DNA of 64,000 bases from Epithemia pelagica (lineage: Eukaryota; Protista; Bacillariophyta), in NCBI GenBank assembly GCA_946965045.2, contig OX337232.1, positions 248,001 through 312,000 of the forward strand, written 5' to 3'. The notes beneath the pieces are model-generated. The model saw only the letters and a list, made by a program, of their open reading frames with translations, was not told the origin of the DNA and made no database searches. The position numbers and the translations under genes were made by a program. Positions within the stretch are counted from its first letter, which is position 1, and each line of letters starts with the position of its first letter. Below, piece by piece: positions 47,990-59,560 of the stretch.

Positions 47990-48696
47990 ATGACACAAAA
48001 ACCAAAATTGACAATGGACGAATCAACAACCAACAAGAACCGCTTGTCGTATCGATTTTCTTTTGCTACGGACAACACTGCGAATCCAATTGAAGATGGT
48101 CCATACAACATTTCTTTTTGCCACATGTGTCAGGTCGAAATTCCCACCGTGGACGCAACCATGCATCTCCAGTCTCCCTGTCACGAACAGGCACGGAATG
48201 AACTTTGCGCTCATGCCGAAACGATTCTACAAATCCGAGACGATGCGGTGGATATTACCAGTACCATGCAACAACACGTGTCTGGGTATGGTCCTTGGCA
48301 ACACAAGATTTACCAATACATGGGAAGAGCGGTTGCTACCAATGACCGAACAATAATCAAGCGTGCCAAGGAACTTTGCTTGTGGTACGAGCATTTGGAG
48401 CGCATTTCCTTGTTGGAACTGGTGGTATGGAAGTTTTGCTGCGTGACCCTGCAGCAGCAGCAGCAGCAGCAGCAGCAGCCAGAGAAGCACGACACCACCA
48501 CAACCACAACCGCAACAACTATGAGTCCTCCCATTGTGCTCAAATCCTATTGGAATGGAAGCTGTGGGAGCACAGTGGTTGGAAAGCCTACAAAAAGTTA
48601 CATTACCGCTGCAATGAAGTGGTTGTTCTTATGAATGCCATTCTTCCCTTTCTCCCGTACCAACAACCATCCGAGAAACAGCAAGGACTCGAATAG
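47990..48696 (+). pseudogene. Zinc finger + 'SLLELAVWK' family copy 5, one-base frameshift at ~48550; polyQ/polyT insert
   Basis: CHMC-x11-H-x5-H; LERISLLELVVWKFCC. Adding one T restores KSY-LEWKLWEHSGWKAYKKLHYRCNEVVVLMNAILPFL. Confidence 0.78.
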
Positions 48697-49139
48697 AAAA
48701 CGAGGAGTATCCCTCCCTGGACAGGAGACGGAAGCAACCGATGCACTGACGTATTACAGACGTATTACCTTTGGTACTGTTGGTTTTCACTAGCAAGGCA
48801 AAATTTTTGGCACAGTTCCTCATCTGGCATGGCACGATGTGGTAGTGGACGGATTTGTGCTGCTGTATAAAGAATAGAACAAATTTCATGAAACAACCCG
48901 CTGCAATATTTAGTTGCGGATTCGGAAACTACGAACCAAAGAGAAACAGAAGAATACTAATAATAACCATATTAATCACAGATTACACCCACAACAGATA
49001 GCACCTTCGGGGATGTTTCCGAAAGAGTCGTTTCCCCTGTGTGTTTTCCTCTCTCTCTGCTCTATGCGGCAGGAGATGCTTGTTTGTATGGATTTGCATG
49101 GACACTTGTTGCTCACGAGGAGTCTTTGTATGTATTTGC

Positions 49140-50828
49140 TTAGTGTCCGGCCATTTGTCGTTTGCGATAGTCTTGTTCCAATCGGACTTCACAAAATTTG
49201 AGAGCTTGTTGAATTTGTTTGTTGTTGGGTTCTTGTTTGGACGCCTGTGCCAAGTAGGGCAAGGCTTGACTGTACTGTTGTTGGGCATGCAAGGCCAAGC
49301 CGCGCCGAAACAAGGCCTTGAGATTGTCGGGATTCATGGCCAAGGCTTGTTGGGCATCTTGTTCGGCCTTTTCGGGTTGTCCCAATTTCAAAAAGCAAGC
49401 GGCCCGATTGGCGTACACGACATCGCGTGGAAACAGACTGGAGGAAGAATCGCCCAATTCATCCGCCTTGTCCAAGGCCAAGCTGTACAACAAAATGGCT
49501 TGACCATATTCACCAGCCCCAAAGGCTTCATTGCCGCGCGTCTTGTTTTGCTGACATTCGTCAACAATGGCTTGCACGTGTGGCGACACAACCTCTTGGA
49601 CCTCTTCTTCTTCCTTGTTGGTTGCTGTGGTCGTGTTGTTGGTGTTGGTTTTGGTCACGAGTGGATTGCCGTCCTTATCCTGAAGTTGAATCATGTCTTG
49701 GGCCATGGCAATCGCCTTGTCGGCCGCTTGTTGTTTCTTGACTTCGGCCGCCTGCAATTCTCGTTCCGTCATGGCGCGGACTTGATTGCCCGTCGTGGAT
49801 CCCGTCCGGACCACTCGTTCCGTCACGAGTGCTTGATTGTGCACGGACGTGACAAATTGTTGTTCTTCGGGCGTCGCATTGCCCACGGCCGTGGCACCGT
49901 CGGCCAGATAATCGGCCGTCGTTTGATACTCCACCACCGAATCGCGATGGACGGAAACCGTCAAATTGGAAACACCGGCATGAAAAATGCGATCGTCGAC
50001 CGAATGGCCCCAATACAAGTACTGCGACGAATCCGGCGAGGTGGCTGTATTGTGACCGGACGGCGCATTGTGAAATTCCACCGTCACGTTGCGACTCAAA
50101 TCCATTTGCACCGTGGCAATCGTGGCATGGGGTCCGACAATTTTGACCACCACATTGTCACAATGATGCAACTCCAAGGTGCCCGAAATGACTTTGGATT
50201 TGATCCACACAGTACAATTGGATACCTTGTGCAAAAAGATCTTGATCAAGCCAAAAATCGATCGCGTTTTCGCAGTTTCAGTGGGCAAGTCATTTTCGGC
50301 ATCGCCGGCATAGGATTTGGGGGTCAAGGTTGAATTGGCCGGCATTTGAGATTCCAAATGACTCAAATCTTGCGTCACCACCACGGTCGAATCCTGAATG
50401 GATGTTCCCTGCGTGTCGGTAATGCGCAAGACGCGAGTTCCGGCTGCCATGTCTTGTCGTGTCACACGCACCGTCTGCTTGTTGGGAGAGTTGTCCGTAA
50501 ACAGGTGCGTCATGGTTTGCACAATGGCTTGTTCGCGTTCTTGATAGCGATCCAACGTTTGCTTGACGTGTTGCACTTGGAGCGCCTTGGTGTGTTCGTC
50601 GGCTTGGGCTTGGGATCGGGCATATTTGCCGTCGAGGCCCAATTGACTCGTGGCCTCCGCTGTGGCTTGTTCGTCTTCCAATTCCGATTGTTGTACCAAA
50701 TCACTCGCCACCTTGTCCCATTGCGCATAATTGATGCGACCGGCGACGCCTTTTTGGACGACGGTCGAGGATGACGACGTCGTCGTCGTCGTTGTTGCTT
50801 CTGGTTCGGGAGGAGTCGTATTGGCCAT
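49140..50828 (-). CDS. C-CAP/cofactor-C-like beta-helix domain + C-terminal TPR protein
   Basis: INYAQWDKVA N-terminal motif; LIKIFLHKVSNCTVWIKSKVISGTLELHHCDNV; TPRs KTRGNEAFGAGEYGQAILLYS, YANRAACFLKLG, KALFRRGLAL. Confidence 0.85.
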   Translation of the reverse strand: MANTTPPEPEATTTTTTSSSSTVVQKGVAGRINYAQWDKVASDLVQQSELEDEQATAEATSQLGLDGKYARSQAQADEHTKALQVQHVKQTLDRYQEREQAIVQTMTHLFTDNSPNKQTVRVTRQDMAAGTRVLRITDTQGTSIQDSTVVVTQDLSHLESQMPANSTLTPKSYAGDAENDLPTETAKTRSIFGLIKIFLHKVSNCTVWIKSKVISGTLELHHCDNVVVKIVGPHATIATVQMDLSRNVTVEFHNAPSGHNTATSPDSSQYLYWGHSVDDRIFHAGVSNLTVSVHRDSVVEYQTTADYLADGATAVGNATPEEQQFVTSVHNQALVTERVVRTGSTTGNQVRAMTERELQAAEVKKQQAADKAIAMAQDMIQLQDKDGNPLVTKTNTNNTTTATNKEEEEVQEVVSPHVQAIVDECQQNKTRGNEAFGAGEYGQAILLYSLALDKADELGDSSSSLFPRDVVYANRAACFLKLGQPEKAEQDAQQALAMNPDNLKALFRRGLALHAQQQYSQALPYLAQASKQEPNNKQIQQALKFCEVRLEQDYRKRQMAGH

Positions 50829-51041
50829 CTTTTGCGGATACTGTGTCAATCAATCGAACTGCTTGCTGCTTGCTTGTTTGGTTGTTTCAGAAGGGACTGC
50901 GAGCCAACGACTGAGACAACGTTCTAGCCTCTTATTATTCCACACCACACACCAAAGGATCTCCCACACTTTTTGTGAGATGGTCGTCGTCGTTGTCGTC
51001 GTTTTCTTGTTGTTGCATCCAAGACTTTACACAATGACTTT

Positions 51042-51225
51042 TGCGTCGCAGTCGTGCACGCACAAATGACCCAACGAACAGCGACCCGCCCAACCAGTTT
51101 CGCGACCAGATCAAGGAAATGAAACCTTGCTCGGCTGTGCTCCATGATTCCGAGCCAGGGCAGTCGGTCGGCGTCACGTTGCGGCGTGCGTGCGGCGCAG
51201 CTGGAAGAATAGACTATTCCCTTTT
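51042..51225 (+). ncRNA. Putative structured RNA / solo 3'-tail homologous to the retroelement 3' UTR at 4474-4587
   Basis: Collinear exact blocks GTCGGTCGGC, GTGCGGC and AATAGACTATT; equivalent stems formed from different sequence; followed by T4. Confidence 0.5.
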
Positions 51226-51227
51226 AT

Positions 51228-51978
51228 CCGAGCTATGAGACGGCATTGACTACAGGCTTCTAGCATTCGACCTAGTATGCAATGTCATTGACTATGGTGG
51301 GATTCGATCTAAATTCGAGCTTTGCAAAAATGGCATCGACAGTGGGTTCCAATCTATATTCGAGCTATACGATGGCATCGACTGTAAGTTTTGATGGATT
51401 CGAGACCTATGCGATGGCATCGAATGTGGGTTCCGATCTATTCTAGCTATGCAGTGGCATCGACAGTGGGTTTCGATCTATTCGAGCTATACGATGGCAT
51501 CGACAGTGCGATTCAATCTACTCGAGCTTTGCGATGGCATCGACAGTGGGTTTCGATCTATTCGAGCTATACAATGGCATCGACAGAGGGTTCCGATCTA
51601 TATTCGAGCTTTTGCGATGGCATCGACTGTGGGTTCCGATCTATTCGAGCTATACAATGGCATCGACAGTGCGATTCAATCTACTCGAGCTTTGCGATGG
51701 CATCGACTGTGGGTTCCGATCTATTCGAGCTATGCGATGGCATTGACTGTGGGATTCGATTTTTTTCGAGCTTTGCGATGGCATTGAGCGTGGTTTCGAT
51801 CTTTTCGAGCTTTGCGATGGCATTGAGTATGGGCTTCAATCTATATTCGAGCGTTGAAATGGCACTGAGTGTGGGCTTCGATCCATTCGAGCTATGCAAT
51901 GCCGTCTTCTGTGGGTTTCGATCTTTTATTCGAGCTTTGCGATGGCATCGACTGTGATTGTTGATCTATTCGAGCTAC
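51228..51978 (+). repeat. Minisatellite, ~18 units of ~40 bp (consensus TTCGAGCTATGCGATGGCATCGACAGTGGGTTCCGATCTA)
   Basis: Head-to-tail degenerate units with no unique spacers. Confidence 0.93.
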
Positions 51979-53039
51979 TCCCATCCATTGGCTGCCTAAA
52001 CAAGCCACCTTTGTCATGGCTATCATGGCTTGATGCCCAAAGTCGTTCATTTCACTATAACCTCGCCGCTGGATTGCCAAAAAATGAGCATTATGTGGTC
52101 AAGACCACAAATCAAACCGTTTTTAGCTTCCGGATGACGACGAAAGTATAGGACCAAGACCAAAAGATCGAGAGTAAGTGCGCCCCACGCGGGGCGCGAC
52201 GTCCTCGACATACAATTCTTGTCTCAAATTCGTCGATGGCAACAGACACGAAAACCAAATAGGAGTCCCACATAATCTTTCCTTTCTCGTGGAACGACAG
52301 GTTGATCGAAGAAAGGAGATGGTCTAGTAGCTATATTGTATACTCAAAAACGAAAACCATGCCTCCCAAAAGGCAACTCACAGGGCTACCAAGAGCAAAA
52401 AGGTCGGCGGAGGATGCTTGGACCTATATCACGCGACAACATAAGGCAGGAATACCCGTCTTGAAAGCAACAGCATACAAGATAGCTTCAGAGTCGACCA
52501 AATTCGTGGTCCAGTCGGTCACAGGTGGCTTCCCAGAGGAGAGATGCGAATTGCCGTGATTCGTCATCAAGAATCGTGAGGGTGTAATGTTTTGGTGACC
52601 AAAACGATTTGAGGCAAGAGCCGTCGCCAAAGTCTTGTTGCCACGAGTACACAAGCACATGTCGACGAGTACCAGAAAAAAGACAAGACAAGGAGCACTG
52701 AGCGCATTTGGGAATCGGCCAATTTGGTCTTATCCGAGGAAGAAGAAGTAGATGACGATTCCGTTGAATCCGGACAAGCTTTTGGCGCTGCATACCTAAC
52801 AGCACTAAAAGCAACCAACCAACAGCAATCACAAAGTGCGAATGGAACAAGGGTATCGAAAACGACAAGTACCACGGCAAAAAACACAGGTAGGATCACA
52901 CGCAAACACTCATTACCGATTTGTTCCATTTCGATGAAGCTTGAAAGGACACTTACGCATGGGAAATTCGCAGGATCCAGTCTTGGTATAGAGCGATCGT
53001 GGAGCGGAAACCACATGGAAACGACTCCATAGCTCGTCT

Positions 53040-53230
53040 CAGCTCCATTACAATGGATCGTTGCTGAAACGAAACCTTGATTCTCCTTCATCATTGCTCG
53101 TCCAATGAGTCCAAAAATTCGGTCCTCAAAAGGACCATGGGGAGACAAACTTTCATGTCAACAGGCGGCATATCCTGAGAGGCGTCAAGTACTTCTTACT
53201 TCGTTGTCACGTTTTCTGTGGTAGACAGGC
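53040..53230 (-). pseudogene. Eroded remnant of 'SLLELAVWK' family (copy 6), closest to 58964-59560
   Basis: LSPHGPFEDRIFGLIGRAMMKENQGFVSAT vs LSPHGPFQNQIFGLIGRLTMEENRGFISTA. Confidence 0.7.
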
Positions 53231-53928
53231 AGACTCGTTATGTGATTATTCGTGTCGAGAGAAGGGGCGAATGATACATTATCAACTTACATGATCCGTA
53301 GATGCAGTTGATGTTAATGCCTTGGACGTTGACGTTGAAGAAAACATGCCTAGACCTTGTATTGTGCAAAACAGTCACAACAGCCAGTCTAATCTTCTGA
53401 CCCCGAATGGAACCGACGCAGACATGGCAAAGGTTTTTTCGACGCCTTATTGTTTCTGCGTGTGGATCTTTCTCCCCCAGGCGCCAGTCGTCTTACCACT
53501 TCAGAGTGTGATAAAATTATGAGCTCCTACCCTAGCAAGGATTCACTGAGAAATAAGATATGAGTAACATGAAAAGACTCAACGACTTGCATATCCTTGC
53601 GACGAGAAACATTGTCAGCAAAATAATGCTAGGAGTAACCGCTTTCAAGAAAATTGATCTAATGTTACAAAACTATACTTCAGTGCCATGAGCCATCTAG
53701 TTGGCAAAAAGCAGATCCCAGTGCCGTAGCACACATGGGTCCTCGGATTCACAATAACAACTTACGTTGTGGAGCAAAACTTGGTCCTACAACAACGTCG
53801 ACTTGTTGCATCAATCGTGCTAACACACTTTCAGAACGCACGCCAGTAACCGATCCTCAGGTTTTTATACAGCTGGTATCCATCCATCAACAGTAAAGTT
53901 TGCCCTCCGTCACAGACAGCCCAAGAGT

Positions 53929-54792
53929 TTATCGGTAATAGTCGTCGTCCTTCTTTCCGCTGTCCTTCTTGCCACTATCATCCTTGTCACCCTTTTCCTT
54001 CTTGCCCGAGCTCTTGTCTTTCTTGTCGCTATTAGCGTATCCCTTTCCTTTGCCCTTTGCCGGAGGTTCCATCTCGTATCCCTTTCCTTTGCCCTTGGCA
54101 GGAGGCTCGACGTATCCCTTTCCTTTGCCCTTGGCTGGAACCTCTGTTTCATATCCCTTGCCCTTACCCTTGGTAGGTGGCTCAGTGTATCCTTTTCCTT
54201 TGCCCTTGGCTGGAACCTCTGTTTCATATCCTTTACCCTTGCCCTTGGTAGGAGGTTCGGTGTACCCCTTTCGTTTTCCTTTGGCTGGAGCCTCGGTTTC
54301 ATATCCCTTACCCTTTCCTTTGCCCTTGGCTGGAGCCTCGGTTTCATATCCCTTACCCTTGGTCGGAGGCTCGGTGTAGCCCTTTCCTTTTCCTTTAGCA
54401 GGAGCTTCGGTCTCATACCCCTTGCCTTTTCCTTTGCCCTTGGCAGGAGCTTCTGTTTCGTATCCCTTGCCTTTGCCCTTGCTTGGTGGTTCCATCTCGT
54501 AGCCCTTGCCCTTGGAATCCATCATCATTTTGCCGGATTCCTTCTTTCCTCGGCTGCTGCTATCATCGTATCCCTTGCCCTTGGTAGGTGGTTCGGTGTA
54601 TCCCTTTCCTTTACCCTTGGCAGGAGGTTCAGGTTCATATCCCTTGCCTTTTCCTTTGCCCTTGGCCGGTGCGGGAGTCGGAAATTCGGGATGCGCCTTG
54701 AGATCACGTACGTTCAAGTCAGTCGTAGAATCGGCCAATACACTGCTGCTAAGGGCAAGCATGAAGGCGACGGAGGCAATCGAGTACTTCAT
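53929..54792 (-). CDS. Secreted Lys/Gly-rich repeat protein (KGKGKGY repeats) with RXL motif; candidate frustule/silica-associated protein
   Basis: Signal peptide MKYSIASVAFMLALSSSVLA; short acidic pro-region ending RDL; >12 repeats of KGKG(KG)Y-(E/T/V)-x-x-(P/A/V)P-(A/T/S); tail DSGKKDSGKKDDDYYR. Confidence 0.85.
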   Translation of the reverse strand: MKYSIASVAFMLALSSSVLADSTTDLNVRDLKAHPEFPTPAPAKGKGKGKGYEPEPPAKGKGKGYTEPPTKGKGYDDSSSRGKKESGKMMMDSKGKGYEMEPPSKGKGKGYETEAPAKGKGKGKGYETEAPAKGKGKGYTEPPTKGKGYETEAPAKGKGKGKGYETEAPAKGKRKGYTEPPTKGKGKGYETEVPAKGKGKGYTEPPTKGKGKGYETEVPAKGKGKGYVEPPAKGKGKGYEMEPPAKGKGKGYANSDKKDKSSGKKEKGDKDDSGKKDSGKKDDDYYR

Positions 54793-55294
54793 GGTGTTAG
54801 GAGTTTGGGGGGTGTTGGGTGTTGGTGTGATGGTTTGCAGTTGTGATGAAACCGGAAATTGTGAGATCAGAGTCGAGGTCGATGTATGGATGGATTGAAT
54901 GCGGACGGGGAACAGATCGCGGTTTGAAGTTTGAAGTATTTGAATCGGAGTAGTGGACATGCCTGCTTTCAACGGAGCATAAGTAATGAACCAACGGCTT
55001 TAAAGAACGTTATGTGGCGTTGCTAGCTTTCTATGTAATCTACAAAAGTTTGGTCTTGACCGGTTACGAGGAACGCCTTAGCTCTCTAGTTGTGTATCGG
55101 AGTGCACCCGGCGTTTCAGTCGCACATTGGGTGATGGACGATGATCATGGATCATGGATCATCTCTCTAGCGAGAGGAAGGTAGATACTAGGAGTAGCTA
55201 GAGAGAGACCAGAGTCATACACCTACTGTAATCTAACAACTGTATCTTCAACAGTCTTAAGTACAAGCCTGCATCTCGAGAGGACTAGCAAGAG

Positions 55295-55588
55295 CTACCA
55301 AGACAACATCACATGATTGGCAAAGAACAATTTGAGTTGAATTTCATCTGCGATCTCAACTGCGGAATCTTGCCTAAAAAGAATCTGTTGCGCGCGCAAG
55401 ACTTCTTTCTCTGTGCCTTTATGGCATTCAGATTCAAGATGATCGCCCCAGTCGTCGGTAGGAATTTGAACGTCACACAAATGACAGAATGACACGTTGC
55501 ATGGACCGTGTTCAAAAGGGCACCAATCTTTGTTTGTAACAAGACAGAAACGTGATGCCAATCCTTTCTCTGGTTTTGGTTTTGACAT
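55295..55588 (-). pseudogene. 5' half (zinc finger) of 'SLLELAVWK' family, copy 7; core missing
   Basis: GPCNVSFCHLC-x11-H-x5-H matches copy 5 (GPYNISFCHMC); N-terminus MSKPKPEKG matches copy 8. Confidence 0.65.
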
Positions 55589-56898
55589 TGTCCAAGGTTC
55601 GTCGAGATGTGATATTTGCTGTCAAGGATCGAGGGACTATTGTTGTTCACCCTCTTACTGAGTACAAGCTGTACAGTGCTGTTCCTTCTGTCTATTCCTC
55701 TTTTTTCAATCTCGTCGAATCCTTTCAGTACAATGTTTGTGTGTCCATGGGTTCCTGCTTCCGTTGTGCCATTCAAAGGAGCATAGGGATCTCGCCCAAA
55801 ACATGAGAGAACGGTCGGTTCTTGTCAAATGCTCCCTCTAGCGACCGAAAAAAATGAATCCGTTGAGGTTCCGGATGATGGTGTCTGAAATTTATGATCA
55901 AGACCAAAATGTTCCAGCTCCGACAACCGTGCGCGCGTCGAGACATCCAACCGTCAATGATGGACGAATCGCGTACACGAATTCGTCGATCGCAACGCAA
56001 CAAAACCAAAGACTTGCCTCGTCCCCTTGGATAAAACACTTGGAAGAAGCAATATAATACAGGTTGATGGAAGCATCCACATGGAAAGAAGACGCATCGC
56101 GCTTCAAACACTGCATCGTCAAAAGTGAAGACTACTCAAGACTGATGATGCATCCGGAACGGGCTGTACCAGAAGAGCTACATGGACAAGATTGTATACG
56201 GTCGGCGAAGCAAATGACAAGCCGACTTGACTCAACCGCAAACCGACGCAGATGTAATTTTCCTTAAAGCAGCAGCAGCATATAGTCTGGCGTCGTAGTA
56301 GAAGATTCGCGGTTACGATGACATTTACAGTCAAAAAGGCAATCAGACTCTCCACCATTTCTTCCTTGACGCCAAAATGCCAAGCTGGTGATGTCGAAAA
56401 TGACTTGCGCCGAAAAACCCATCATAGCTGGGACAAGATCTCACAGTCTCGTCTTGACGAGTATTACGAATGGTTCTTATTGGGGAAAACTATGCTCAAA
56501 ACCATTGTCGTGGTGCAAATGGAATGGAATCGAAATGAGAATGCTGGCACAAGATGGTTGTGTTGGGCGATTGATCACAGCATTTCAGTTGAGCTCAATC
56601 ACAGGAGGCTCATTCTTTTGCTGTGACCCCGGAAGAGATCAAATTGAGTAACACTACGACATGGAACAAGACGAAAGAGAGGACTACTCTTTACTCGTCT
56701 AGAATGTCGCCGTGTACCATATCGTGTTGCATGTTGGTTTCTGAAATGGAGACAACAAAAAAAAACCAAACAGACACAGGCAAGACTTTGGAGGCGAATG
56801 AGTCACCAAGGTTTTCGTATCATAGATCAGCAATCAGCCTGATCTTTTGTTCTGCTGCAGAGTGGGTGTACGTGGCAGAACTTTCGCAGAGGCTCCTT

Positions 56899-57387
56899 TT
56901 ATCGCAATTTTATGATTTTTACAGGCTCCGAGTCGTCAGAGCTCGAATCGTCGGAGTCCGAGTCGTCATCGTCTGGTTTCTTTTTCTGGTCTTGAACAAA
57001 TGGGACAATTGCTTTCATAAGAATCACAACTCGGTTGCACCGATAGTGACTCTTCTTGTGTTCCTTCCATCCATTTTCATACCACCGAGTCCATTCGACA
57101 AATGATTTACGGTCGCCGTCGTTCTGATCCTTGGTCAAACACGCAAATTTCCACACGGCCAATTCCAAGAGCGAGATGCGTTCCAAACCTTCGTACTCAA
57201 GTCGCAGGTTGTGGGCGCGTTTGACCAATGTTCGATCTTTTTCCATGACGGCTCGTCCAATCAGCTCGTAGATCTTACCCTGCCAAGGGCCATGAGGAGA
57301 CAACTCCTTTATGTTTTGGGGGAGAGAAGAAGAACATTCCAACCCAAAATACGATGTAATTCCTTTCTGCGGCTTTGGTTTGGGCAT
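56899..57387 (-). CDS. 'SLLELAVWK' family copy 8 (zinc finger absent)
   Basis: LSPHGPWQGKIYELIGRAVME...LERISLLELAVWKFAC...GWKEHKKSHYRCNRVVILMKAIVPF; D/S tail. Confidence 0.78.
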   Translation of the reverse strand: MPKPKPQKGITSYFGLECSSSLPQNIKELSPHGPWQGKIYELIGRAVMEKDRTLVKRAHNLRLEYEGLERISLLELAVWKFACLTKDQNDGDRKSFVEWTRWYENGWKEHKKSHYRCNRVVILMKAIVPFVQDQKKKPDDDDSDSDDSSSDDSEPVKIIKLR

Positions 57388-58963
57388 TGTCCAAAGTTCT
57401 TGGAGATGTGTTCTTTTCCTTCAAAGATCGATTTTTGTCCAACGGCGTATTGTTGGGCACCAATTTGTGTGTTGTGGTTTACTGTCGTCGTGATTGGCGA
57501 TTTTTTCTCCCTGTCCCTCTTTCTTTCACGTCTATCGTTTCAGTACCATGTGTGTGGATTCATACGTTCCTCTTTCCGTTGTGCCATTGATAAGAGGTCC
57601 AAAGTGGATTTGATGGGTTGTGATTGATTGTCTGTCCAAAAAATGAGCGAAGATTCTTTGATTAGCTCTGCGCCTGCGCGCCAGCGGCTGCCATTCATCA
57701 ATTTATTAGAATACAATACGACAGAAAAGATATGCTGTACTCAATGCAGAAGACCCGCCGCGCGCGATTCCCATTCGTTCAAGACCAAATAACGCACGCT
57801 GAATGGTCACGCTGACGTTGCGCGCGCACAGAGATCCTCGGTGCCATACAATAAAAGTTCGACAATCTTGTGAAGCGAGGACCAAAACCATGTGGACACT
57901 GCTATTCGGCCACTCATTGGCATCATGCGTCTTTCCATTTACTTGCCCTATGGCCTTTGTAGGTCCTGAGAGAGGGAGGCAATCACGGAAATCGTGCCAT
58001 GGCGTGTTGAATCCCATCTTTTGAAGACCTCTACGGGCCGTCATACGTTGGCAACAAACACCTGAAGAATCCTCCTCATCGACTCTTTTTTGGAAAAGTT
58101 GTAAATTGGTGGACCCTTCTCTTCGGTACATGGATCGTCGAAGCATTCTCGGTTGACTGTTGAAGTGCGCCGAAAGAATGTCGTTTCGTGGCGGTATGGG
58201 TGGTCCAAACGAGTTGCCCAGCAACGATCAGCGAGAAAACATGTCCATCGTTCAGGGCAATCAAGAGCCACAAAAGCAAACTATTCTCAAAAGTCTAACC
58301 ATGGAATGGCTCACATTTGTAATGACATGAGGGCGAAGAAACCTATTGACAATCGGAAAGACCAAGCATCAGACAAGAGGAAGCCATGCCTGCTTCCCTC
58401 GACGGCACGATATCACGGATACTTTTGTACAATCTCGTGCAAAGCCATTCAACAATCAATAAAAGACCATGATACAATTACGCTTTATTTCTCCTTGTTA
58501 CAACACAGTGGTTCCGTGTGGAGGCCTCAAATCTGCTACATCACAGCAATCGGATCAGTAAGATTCAGACATTTGCAACTCCAGTCCTGAGCGCACGCAT
58601 TCTCAGTCAGCACAAACCAGACTCCATGAACAAACAAAAGAGATAGTTTGTCAATCAGCGCCTTTGGATGGCCATCATTTGCTACAAGTCACGACTCGTG
58701 ATGTGGTGCAGAGAAGAACGTACGGCCCAGTAGGGGGAACAGACGCATGGTGACCTGACCAACACACAGCAATGCCAAAAGTCTCATGTGCGACTAGAAT
58801 CGGATCCTACCGATCCAGATTAAGAATCAAGCTCAAAAAGTCATGTAACATTCATGGATTTATGCTGGATTGGGATGTTTTACTCCTGCAAGACGCCTGG
58901 TGACAGCAAATTATCCTGTAAAGACCACTTGAGATGCAACCTGATTCTTCACATCGAACCTTG

Positions 58964-59560
58964 CTAAAATTTTGGTTTCATGACTTTCATGTCTTTGACA
59001 AAAGGCACCACTGATTTCATGATGATGACGACTTGGTTGCACCGGTAGTGACTCTTCTTTTGAGTCTTCCACCCATTCTCGAACCAACGGTTCCATTCGA
59101 GACAGGTTCGGGGCGATACACCAGACTTACTATGGGATGCCTCGTCCAATGTAGCACAAGCAAACTTCCACGCTGCCAACTCCAACAAGGAAATACGTTC
59201 TAGTTGTTGGTACCAGGGGAGAGCCATTTTTGCTGTGGAGATGAAACCTCGATTCTCCTCCATAGTGAGTCGTCCAATGAGTCCAAAAATTTGGTTCTGA
59301 AAGGGACCATGGGGAGACAAACTTTTCTTCACAACAGACGGGAGCTCCTCAGGGGCGTCGCGGATCGCAAGCACCGTGTTGACCCGTTGCGTTACTTCCT
59401 TGGAACGTTTCTGGTGGTACCCAGACCTGTTATGTGACTCCATCGTCTCATTTGGTGGTGCGATAGAAACATTACATAGATTGCATGTTCCGTAGGGAGA
59501 GTTGTGGTTGATTCCTTGGACGTTGACTAAACATTTTAATGCTTTATCAGGTTTCGTCAT
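58964..59560 (-). CDS. Zinc finger + 'SLLELAVWK' family copy 9 (intact)
   Basis: CNLC-x13-H-x5-H; LERISLLELAAWKFAC; GWKTQKKSHYRCNQVVIIMKSVVPF. Confidence 0.8.
   Translation of the reverse strand: MTKPDKALKCLVNVQGINHNSPYGTCNLCNVSIAPPNETMESHNRSGYHQKRSKEVTQRVNTVLAIRDAPEELPSVVKKSLSPHGPFQNQIFGLIGRLTMEENRGFISTAKMALPWYQQLERISLLELAAWKFACATLDEASHSKSGVSPRTCLEWNRWFENGWKTQKKSHYRCNQVVIIMKSVVPFVKDMKVMKPKF

Noticed and set aside
51228-51978. CRISPR array
   Set aside because: Units are contiguous and degenerate with no unique spacers, there are no cas genes and the context is eukaryotic; it is a minisatellite.
52339-53032. Degenerate gene or transposase starting MPPKRQ
   Set aside because: Broken into short frames with no catalytic motif, TIR or TSD that I can support.
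56318-56626. Another family remnant (LLGKTML resembles LLGRAIM)
   Set aside because: A single short resemblance with no other family motif.
57706-58224. 172-aa minus-strand ORF near GC-rich CGCGCG tracts
   Set aside because: Non-ATG start and no recognisable domain.
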